NCBI GenBank assembly: GCA_030141605.1
Contig: JAQGDQ010000288.1
Location: forward strand, 8,621 to 72,620
Direction of reading: 5' to 3'
Source of the DNA: Tubiluchus corallicola
Taxonomy: Eukaryota > Animalia > Priapulida
DNA length: 64,000 nt
Each line of letters starts with the position of its first letter. Position 1 is the first letter of the stretch. Shown here in pieces: positions 53,675-64,000 of this stretch. The position numbers were made by a program, and so were the translations under genes. The notes beneath the pieces were generated by a model. That model searched no databases. It was not told the DNA's origin and saw only the letters and a program-made list of their open reading frames with translations.

Positions 53675-56600
53675 TACCAAATCTTTGTTGGATCCATTCC
53701 AAGAATGAGGCCAAATGGTCAATCCTGTCACCTGCCATCATCGTTGTTGTCATCATTATTGTTGTGGTGGACACTAAACAATTGTTGTACTCAATTGTTG
53801 CTGCGTCCACTTTGTTGAACGTTCCACAGGAATGGGTCACAGCTATCTAATGAAGCCACTTTTTCTGGGATCACATTCAAGAAATGGTGGCGAAAACAGT
53901 GATACGGCATAACACAAAATCCCACAATTGTGAAAACGAATTGCCATTGCTATTGTATCAGAAGTAACAGTATAGTTGTCAGGGCAGATTAACCATTAGG
54001 CTAATAGGGCTATAGTCTTAGGCCCTAAATATTAATAGGCCCTCGGTGTCCTGAGGCCAATCGCAAACTAGAAGGAGATAATGCTATTTGAGAAAGCAGG
54101 ATAAAATTATTTAAATTGAACATGCAAAAGACAAAAATATTTAGTTTTCTTTTTTGCTAGTAAGCAGTTGAGCGTACACAAAGTATTTTGATTGCATAAC
54201 TCATTTGGATACATAAGCCATTTGGACACAAGAATTCAGCATTTGTGAGAGTAAGACATTCAGACACGGGAAACATTTATTGTTATCCATTTTAAAATCA
54301 TCACCAGAGATAGCCTCAATGTTGAAAAGCAACTCGTCTTTTGGTTAATTCGGCACTTTCAAACGACAGAGTTCAGGATTAGCGCTATTGGATGTATAAT
54401 TGTGCATAGCCGATAGGCCTTTCGTTTGCTTGATAGCCTTAGGCACGTGAAACCTTTAATTGGCAGTTGTTACTTGTCAGTCCACCTCGGGAGGTTTGCT
54501 GTCTATGCGTAACTGTTGGCATTGCTCGAATTGCTGGGGTGGATGTACCTGAACATTTAGGGTTAGGGTTAGGTTGAGGCTCAAACTGCTAGGGTGAATG
54601 TAGCTGAATACTTAGACTTATGGTTAAGGCGAGGCTGAGGTGTACACTATACTGACATTGTGATGTGTTGTGATGGTATATTATGCACCTGTACGTCACT
54701 ACAGTAAAGTCAGCTATTGATTAAGATTTAGGCCTATAGGAACTCTCATGTCTCCAGCAACAGCTGTAGCAAGTGTGGAAAACCTTCAACGTTTAGGTAG
54801 TTCAATCAGTATCTACTTTTAAATCACTGATTACTTTTTAGTACTACTTCTTGGAGCTACAAATGTCACCTGCTGCCAAGGTACCCGTTTCTTGCTGTCT
54901 AGCATCTTATTAGTACTGAGAAAGTCAGAAGAAGTTTTACTTCCAAAAGACATCAACTTTGCGACCTCTCAATTAATAAGACGCTTTTCAAAACAAAGCT
55001 ACGCCATTGTTGTTGAACGAATATTTGACACACAACAATTTGTTTTTGTCTGCATCAAAAGAGTTAAGAAAATGTTTCACAGTTATATGTTACTATTTTA
55101 TTAGGATCCTGTTTTGTGACTTAATTTTTGTTTCGTGTTGTCGACAACTTAAAAATCTAATTTTTAGAGTGTTCATTAATAGGATGTTTGAACTTTTATC
55201 GCCTTAGAAACCGTAAAGTTTTTTTTACACAGAAACTAATTGCAGTATAGCAATAACGGTATTGCAAACCATATTATCATAAATTACATAGCTAAGCAGT
55301 ATGTGCTCAAATGAATGTGCCAAACTATCGATACTATAATATAAAGAACATAAAATGTGTATAGGTAGTGAGTCTTTAATCGTTTAGTGAAAATAACTTT
55401 ATATAAAAATCATAATTGACTGTGATGTGTATCTTTGTATCTTACCTCACATATGCAAAAAAATTGAAATGCATCCTGTTCTCAATGTTGTTTACTTTTT
55501 ATTTGTGTTTTTAATTGTTATCATGTCATTATTGTCACATGAAAATAATTTATCTATCGTTTAATTGCACAATTAATCTATGGTTATTTTGTGAAAATTC
55601 TGAAATAAATTCCTATATTATAACAATGAATTATTAATGACTAAATACAATCCAGGCATTAAAAGTCCAATCAAATTTAAATACAGATCACTGATGAGTT
55701 TATGAATCAACAAGTGTAACTCGGAAGTCTATGACAAAGGTTGAGGATTATTTTATTCCAGTGTAAAAAGGTGTTAAAGAATGTTACAAGACGTTAAATA
55801 AATAAATTACTTTGTAAATAAATAATAAACAAAACTGAATGAAGTCATATCCAAACCCGCGAGCATGACTAATTATGACTTGATTAGGCCTGGTCTAGTG
55901 TGGCTTATTCAGATGTAGCTGGGTGTAACAGTTTGGATATGATATGTCTGCTGTCATTTGCTTATTTACATTAATCAATTTTTGTTGTGTAATTATTGAC
56001 TTGTTTTGTCACTAGATGGCTGTTACTTTATTATCCTGAGTTTTTATTTAAGCTAACTGAAGGCAGATCCATGTTTAATTTAGTTAATGGGGTAGCCCAA
56101 AACCTTTATTTTCCATTGTACCAACTAACTCCCTATTAGTGCTTGAATTACAGAATAGGGATGATCATCATGGATGAATATTCAATACGTAGAAACCAAG
56201 ATATATGTTTCCTCGTATAAACTTCACTTGTTTTACACATCTGCGTGGAGATGTAATTTTAGATATGCCATACAGATACACCTGGACAGTGTACATGTAT
56301 AGTGAGTGGAAGCCAGAACAGTGACCTAGAAAAGTTAGTTCAGGTAGAGAGCTGCTTACGTTTGGATGTTAAAAGCAGCCATGTTAATAAAAAGTAGTGA
56401 ATAAATGTTGGTAACAACATGAAAGTGATTTTGGAGCCGACAATGGTTAGCTTGGTGTAGCTGTAGCTGGTCATTTGCCATAGTGTTGACGTATCCAGAG
56501 TAAGACTTATTCTGTGCAGAACAGGTTGCTGGTAATACGTATCATTAGTACATTTTCTAATATCTAGAGGAACATTAACTGTTTGCCACACGTCGATCAT

Positions 56601-57700
56601 TAACTTCTTGAAGTGAAGCTTGGGACTTGCTAGTAAAAAGACACAGACCTGCTGGTGAAGTACAGTCTATGGCGCCTCCCACTAACTTGCCTTCTTACTA
56701 TCCCTTCTATTACCTCGGGAATGGGGCTTACTTTGTGCACACCCTGTATATTTCTCATAAATTGTAATTCTGATTAGAAAACCGTTTTGTCAGTGTATTA
56801 AAGCTTTATTTTGTTATCATACAACAAATTTCACTGTTATTTGCGTCCTTTAAATTTTATGATGTGAATCCAGCTTTAATTTTAATAAACCTACAAAAGT
56901 GTTGATTTCTGTATAGTAATTATTTACTGTTTGGAGTTAATTTACATTTGGTGATTGGACATTGAGGTTATATCCAGTAATCACTAGACTGCCTATTAAC
57001 AATTAATCAGGTAACGATCTCCGTAGAGTTTAAACAATTTTCATATTTTGTTTGAAGTCCTTAGACCAAAATTCCGTCATGTTACACTGGGTAGTTTGCT
57101 CTGATTTTCACATTTTGTTTCCTATCTTGGCTCTGCAAACAATCCTAGCTTTTTAAGCATAACGAAGTATTAACATATACTCCTATAGGTGTCTATCCTG
57201 CATCTTTGGTGATGTACGAATTGTAGTTTTAGAATTATTCCACTTTATGATTCGACGCCTAGCAAAAAAGTAAGCGTATGGGTCTTTTAAAATCCACTAC
57301 TCGCGAATTAATAAAAAAGTAACAAACTTAGTAATAACATTCGCTTTTCTTTTCATGAATGCAGCAGACGGCAACGTATACAAATCATATGTAACTACCC
57401 TAGTTACGGCCACGTAATTACTACCGAGTACTAGTTTGAAACTATACTTCCCTTACATATATCAGTAGCGTTGTTACCACCTTATCTCTAATAGGAACTT
57501 TGCTCAGACGATATCATTCTAACATAACTTAATAAACAATTACATGCCATAGCCGGTTCAGCAATATGATTGTACACATTATAGTTCAAATAAAAGGCTA
57601 GCCAGTTTGAGTACGCGTGAGCCTGATTATAAAACGGGTATAAATTTTTTGATATAAAAGTATCTGTGATCTATGCTACCGAAAATCGCGATATCGGACT

Positions 57701-60700
57701 ATGGACAGTAAGTTTCACCATAAAACTTTTTAGTGTTTGTCTCTTATATAGTAGTAAACGTAAACGTATTTTTAATTGGCGCTAGCTTTATATCACAATT
57801 TGGTTTCAAGTTATTTTGCTTATTACTACAGTATCTGCTCAGAAGCAGGGCGACTCTTAGCACTAGCAGTGGTGTAGCAAATGCTTGTGGCGCCCGGTGG
57901 CGTTCTACCCTTTTAATGTTTTCGTAATTTGGTTCGTGGGTTAAGCCACAAATTGTGCGAGTTTTTTGCGTGATTGAGCCCGACTTTCCTTTTTCAACAC
58001 GATGGGATAAAGATAAACAATTTTTTCTAAGAATCGACGAGCTTGATTTGCGGTACTGCGCCAGAGTAACTCTTTTCTAGTTGCTGCATTAGTTGCGCTT
58101 TACACAACAGTCCTTAAACATTCACCTCCAGCATGAAACATGCAAAGTGTATGAAACATGCAGGTTTTCACACTAATGCAATTGGCTTTTACCGAAACGC
58201 CACTGTTTCTTCCAAAATTAAAATTCTGCTAAGTCACACGATACCCTACACACGAAGTTAAGCTTTTTTCTAGAATCTAGATTGTACGCAGTAATTAATT
58301 AAGTTAACTAGGATCATCTCTGACTAGCTAGGATGATCGCAATTTTGTTGTAGTTTGATAACTTTAAACTGCTGTGTTAATGTCGGATTAGTAATTTTAA
58401 TTAACAGTCATTGAACTCCAGAAAAAGTTTGCGCCGTCTCACCCTTGATCCCGGGGCGATTACCCCCTGTCGCCCCCAACTAGCTAGACTCTGAGCACTA
58501 GACAAACTAGACAGTTTAGTAATAGTTGCCTAGGGCGCTAAATTTTGTTGTGCGCTAAATTCGTGAAATATTTCTGTAATTATTAAGTTTGCATAAGTAA
58601 TAACGCAATGAATGCGTAATTGCTTAACTACACAACACTGTAATAAAATGAAACGAACTACTTGCGTCGTTTTCCTGTGAAATATGTGATTCATCGATGC
58701 TAACATTGAAATGTCTTCCCGCAGCAAAACACTGTTTACTTCTGTCTTATCTGGCTTCTTAATATTACGTCATTTCATGCAGACGTTATTGTGTGTATAA
58801 AGCAGTAACTACTCCTTGTGTTAATAAAAAGCGTCTACCTAACAAGAAGCTTTTGCTATTGCAAAATCTTAATTATGGTAGATAATCCCATAAGAATCGA
58901 AGCTTTCATGAGCGTAATACAAGAACCGAAAGATTGTTGGCGGAGATTCTGAAATGAAGTACTTACAATCAGACTAGAGGCATTGTTGTAAAGATGATGA
59001 AACTAGCGAAATGGATGTAAAAAGAGGAGCTAGGGCTTCAAAAATTTACTGAAGAAAAGGCTGAGGGAAACTCTAACCAAGAGTATGCGCACAGAGACTG
59101 TCCAGTTGAAATTACAGAAATTTTGACTGCTCCTACATGCACAGGTCAACGGGGTCATAAATTTAATTTAAAATTCAATCAGCACAAACTGTTGAAAGGT
59201 AATTAGCTACACTTAATTAGTACATTGTAATACATGTATAAGCTTATCAGGCTATTATACTTTATATATAAACAAAAAAGTAATTTTTTGGGGGTGGAGT
59301 GGGGACCGTGGGGGAAGGAATTGACCATTAGTTAAGGAGCACTAAAAAAATTTTTAGCCTAGGGCGTCAAACTACATAGAGCCAACCCCTCTCAAAGGTC
59401 ATTATACTGGCATTTTTTTAATCTATTTTAATAAACAAAGTTGGATGTTTATTTATTTTAAAAATAATTAAAGCAAAATGTATGAAAATAGGTACAGATG
59501 AACTAAAACCTTTGGAAATTCTTTTGTTCAACCGTTTTTCAGACAACTACTTCATTGGAGAATTGGAGACTTACGTGTGCGCCACTTACAAAAGCATTTT
59601 ACCTAATGAATTAACACGCTACATGTCCTATATCCGCATCGCAAACCATTGTGTGAATTACAATCTCTTTAAATTATTGTTTGAATTACAATCATTTAAA
59701 TTATTGTTTGAATTACAATCTGTTATTGTTATATGAAGCTCATGAAACGTTTTAGTCTTGTACGTAGTATAAACTTTTTCGATTAAGCGTCGTAAAAAAT
59801 CTGTCAGATCGCACCGTTTGACTTTATAGGTCCTCGACGAGCAATTTGGCAATAGGGGGAATCTTCCGTAGAGAAATTCTTTCTTAGCTCAGCATAATAT
59901 TAGCAGTCCAGTTAAAGCCTTGAAAACCAAAAGAATTCGTTAAAACTGCTTTTACTTCGTGCCAGATCTTACCGGAATTAAAAGAAAATTTGAAAAGAAA
60001 GACAAATTTAAATGTGCATAGTGATTTTTTGAAAAGCACTTTTATATTAATGTGTTAAACAAAACTATTTTGCAAATTTATAACTTTTGTTTAGGTTATT
60101 AAGAATCAGGTTTCGCGTGATATTATTGAGTTCAATTGTGTTTTTTTTCAGCGGAAGGAACATACAGGCAAACCGGATATGATCATGGAAAATATGAAGG
60201 ATATGATAATAAAGGATATAACCAAGGATATGAAGATATTGAACTGACAGGGATACAATCCGACACCAACAATGTCCATTCAAACAAAATAGCCGAAAAC
60301 TTGGTTATCATTTTTAGCTACTTTTTTAATAATCTGAAAAACAAATTAAATTTGTAGATATGTAAATAATAAGTATTATTAACACTTAGTAGAAGTCATA
60401 TGTTGACTGTAATGAATTATAAGCGCAACAATTTTACAGCCCAATACAATGCAATAACAGATGCAGTTTATCAAGCAAGCTCAACCAATATAAACGGAAA
60501 CTAGCCTCGTGTGTACATCAGTTTTACAACAACACAAAGCAACGTCTAATAGTCTTTGCTACAAGCTTTAAATTGCTAGTAAATAAATTTGATAAACAAC
60601 TAAAATCTACTTCGGGATAGTTCTGACGCACATTTTCTGTATTAATGCATTCACAAATTTTAATTTAAAAATGCTAATTCTGTTTTCACTAAGCCGCAGC

Positions 60701-63700
60701 CCCATAATATTAATTCACGTGGTATCCTAGACCACCTACCGGTTTATATATGAAGACTGTGAGTTGAGAGGCGAAGCCTACTCGTGTGTATTCTGTCATA
60801 TTCTTTTACATTTAACAGAGGACTGACGTGAACATCTAATGCACTTAAATCAGGGTTAAGCGATTTGTACACCACAAACTTTGTTCGGTCTAATGCCAGA
60901 ACACGCACTTTTCTATCAGCAATATCTCTCTCTCTCTCAATTATGCGATCTTCATTCATAATTGAATATGCATACGTATTATATATAAACACATATATAC
61001 GTTGTTCTGGCACGTCAGTGCTAGAATATGGCGCTGATTGATTTTACTCTCTGTAAGCTATTATTACTTTATAGAGTTTTTTTTACTTTAGGTCAAAGAT
61101 CCCCAGGCCATTAAGGAAGTGGAATCTGTTTCCCCAATTGACCAAGTTTTTAATTTCTGTGCTGAGACATATGCTAAGTACAACAAACAAATATGGATTG
61201 GATTCTATGTTTTACTGTTACTATGTTACTTGGGATATTTTATTTACGTACTGTATTACAATCTAAGTGAAGATTCCTTGGGATTTGACAAAGTTGTGGA
61301 AATAGTTTCTATAACAGCTGTGGCTGTTGGTCTCACGATATACTTCACATTTATAGCAAAGTACGGAGATTCCATATACAAAAAGGTTGAAGCACCACTC
61401 GAAGCTGTTGAGAGGCAGTGGTACTGGCTGAAATGGTAAGGTTAAGTAAATATAATATAAGTTTGTATATAAGTAAGGAAAATAAGCGAACTATGATGTC
61501 CTTTTTCCGTGATGATGATGTTGTCGTCCTCGTCATATATTCAACTCCATTACGGGTAGCATTGCAGTATTCTTGCTCTTGTTTTTGTTCGCGTAGTTGT
61601 ACTTATAAATACTCATGTATCAAAAATTCTGGCAAATTTCTTTATGTAGCGCTCATCATTTAAAATCTCAGCACGCTGAACAATGAAATACATTTAAAAT
61701 TTATAAGAAACATAAAATTTAAGACATTAAAAATTAAAAATAATTCGTCATAAAAGGTACAATTTAAACAAGTGTGTTTTAAGATCTGTTTAAACCAATC
61801 TAATGAATTTGTAGCAAGTATAGCAACAGGTAAGTTATTCCAGAGACGTGGAGCACAGACAGAAAAAGCTTTTTCAGCATAAAACTATAATAGGAATTGG
61901 CTGATGTAAATTAATTTGTTCATTAGCTTTAGAACGAAATGTTCAGCCTGCGTTACGGCGTATTAAAAGATTAGTAAAGTATGCAGGTGCCAAACCATGT
62001 AGTATTTTGTCGGTGACACACAGAATTTTAAATTGAATTCGGACCTTTATCGGCAACTAATGTAACTCTCTTAGAATGGGTGGTGTAATATGGCCATATT
62101 TTCTAGTTTTCATAATGAGACGGACAGCAGAGTTCTGAATTAGTTTGAGTTAAAATGCAGCGAATCACCTGTTCAATGTTAATCGCCAAAAGTTACATAA
62201 TTTTGATGTAACCTGAATATCTGAGTTCCGTAAACAGCAAATAATATTATTATAAGATTAATCAATCGTGTCACCCCAGATAAAGCGACATTTTTGTAAT
62301 ATAACGCCAAGATAAGGAATTTGTCGAGCACTATAACCAGACAGTAACTTAAACAGTTTTCTAATGCAATTATTGTAAGTAACCTCCAATTACCGATATG
62401 AATATGTAAAAAAAAATGGGCAGAGCAACGCTCCACATACACAAGTACAAACTGTTTTAAACGATTGAACTCGTTTAAATTTTCTGATCAAAATATTAAC
62501 TCTAGCAGCTAATAAACATTTTTGAGTTTTCATGTCCTCATTATCAGTACCCGTTTCAGATACAATGTGACCAAGATATTTTTCACTAGAAGTAGGAATC
62601 AATTTAGACGAAGAACAGTAAATGCTGCCAAATGTAGGAAGCTGGTACAATAGTGACAAGTTTTTTTTTTTTTTTACAGTTAATAGTAACATCGAATTCT
62701 GCTGCGAGAATTCAAACAATACAAAAATATGAATTACGTCACATCAATTAAAAAATCCCAATAATCAAAAGCACGGCTTGTTAGACTGTTGGTGTTGGTT
62801 CAGCATAGCGTGATTCGTTACTATATATCACGCTAAAATTAACTAAATGATTTCAGTATAATATTTATAATAATCTCACAACACATTGCATCTCAAGCCA
62901 CTTGCTAAATTCTGTCACATCACTGTACATTTAATCCCCTAGTTCAAAGCCATAGCATGACATTCTATAAAAACACAGCACAATAACACACATTACATGA
63001 TGTGACACTACTTCATGACGCATTTATTACGTTATATTATATTATGTTATGTTATATTATGTCATGTCATGTCATGTCATGTCATGTCATGTCACGTCAC
63101 GCCATGTCATGTCATGTCATGTCATGTCATATCATATCATATTATATATTACATCATGTCATATGCAATTACAAAAATAATTAGTGGATATATGATTATA
63201 GCTTGATGATATAACATGGCTTTAGTGCCACTGTAGTGACTGTACTGGTTGAAGTGAGAAATTGATGACGATTGGTCACTAGGGGTGAGCATTCTCTGCC
63301 AGGAAGCGAATTCGAATAGAATCGACTTTGGGTCTTTCGAATTCTTATCGAACCGAATTTCAGTATTTCGACTGCGAATCGTATTAGATTTGAGTTTGAA
63401 AGAGTTTCGAACAAGTTTTCGAACCACTAGTAAAAACAGTCCTACAAAGATCCTGCATAATATTCGATACTATTCTGCAGTAAACAACTCATAATTTACC
63501 TAAAAATTGTGCACAGAAGTATGTTAATTATATTATAGCGATGTTTCAAATGTTTTAATGACAAAAACGCATGTGGTTGAAATGCTGAAATTATTCGAAT
63601 CTATGCTTTTAAATTCGTATCGAATTCGGACTAAAAAGCTCGTTCGAATCGAATTCGAACAATCGATGCTCACCCTTTTGGTCACACAGCCTTCTCTTTT

Positions 63701-64000
63701 TTGTCGGCCAGGCCAGCTACCTATTTCCAGTCACCTGGACGATCTTTCAAGTATCCGAAAAATCTTACATTGACCATTTCGCCTATAGTTGTCTCTTTTG
63801 GGTCAAAGAGGGCGTTGGAATGATATGTTACGACAGTTCGCACTTACTACAACCTAACTGGATTAGTTACATATACATATGCAGTCTGTTTTTCTTTTGC
63901 AGGGTTTGCTACGTAATGATTTTTGCGGGATTTATTCTCATACTCTTTGTTGCTTTGAAGTTGCATGAAACACCAGAAAATTTGATCTCTGGCGGTGGAC
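57701..64000 (+). CDS. SLC28A: Concentrative Na+/nucleoside cotransporter (SLC28/CNT family), 5' part, continues beyond the window
   Basis: Exons 61092-61435 (TM segments...RQWYWLKW) and 63903-64000 (VCYVMIF...PENLISGGG, like CNT3 WLKW...QLVSFGGL) are well supported; upstream exons 57701-57707 (ATGGACA|GTAAGT) and 60152-60303 (GYDNKGY; weak GTTATC donor) are phase-compatible but less certain. Confidence 0.85.
57867..58493. mobile_element. hAT-like MITE
   Basis: CAGTGGTGTAGC...GCTAGACTCTG; perfect 8-bp TSD AGCACTAG. Confidence 0.8.
60720..60960 (-). mobile_element. LINE ORF2 C-terminal remnant
   Basis: TKFVVYKSLNP...SRLRLSTHSLHI*TGR resembles the RxSSHxLxIExGR motif. Confidence 0.65.
61635..62160 (-). 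mobile_element. L2-clade LINE 3' fragment
   Basis: Minus-strand AFSVCAPRLWNNLP and LKTHLF motifs; L2-type 3' end ...GAGCGCTACATAAAG. Confidence 0.8.
62390..62620 (-). mobile_element. RTEX-like RT thumb remnant
   Basis: EKYLGHIVSETGTDNEDMKTQ...RVNILIRKF; a similar HLGHIF...DDRD remnant lies at about 5575-5660. Confidence 0.6.
63045..63165. repeat. (CATGT)n pentanucleotide microsatellite
   Basis: Direct inspection. Confidence 0.93.
63280..63677 (+). mobile_element. hAT-like MITE family G, copy 2
   Basis: TAGGGGTGAGCAT...ATGCTCACCCTT; perfect 8-bp TSD TTGGTCAC. Confidence 0.9.

Noticed and set aside
54557-54575. TTAGGG runs as an interstitial telomere (also CCCTAA near 53200)
   Set aside because: Only 2-3 units, embedded in degenerate repeat sequence
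55688-55730. Hammerhead ribozyme core (CTGATGAG...)
   Set aside because: No correctly placed GAAA and no stems I/III; the other CTGATGA sites checked (1640, 37280) also fail

Overview
AT-rich, intron-containing animal genomic DNA from an invertebrate; the 5S-derived sequence looks lophotrochozoan-like, which is inference only. Four co-oriented (+ strand) spliced genes were reconstructed by hand from GT-AG boundaries and phase-consistent translation: (1) the last four exons of a guanylyl cyclase with unusual catalytic-motif substitutions, (2) a complete 8-exon TXNL1, (3) a gamma-glutamyltranspeptidase with no findable N-terminal membrane-anchor exon and a remodelled N-terminus of the small subunit, and (4) the 5' part of an SLC28 concentrative nucleoside transporter. 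Introns and intergenic DNA are packed with non-autonomous DNA transposons (hAT-like with 8-bp and, unusually, 6-bp TSDs; pogo/Tigger-like; piggyBac-like; Kolobok-like; Helitron-like), LINE fragments (RTE, RTEX, L2, R1-like), micro- and minisatellites (several sitting inside transposons), and a 5S-rRNA-headed, RTE-bodied SINE-like chimera. Most long ORFs in the supplied track are repeat artefacts. No CRISPR or prokaryotic system is present, and I cannot claim a demonstrably new biological system. The best leads are the 5S/RTE chimera, the divergent cyclase and GGT, and the 6-bp-TSD transposon family.
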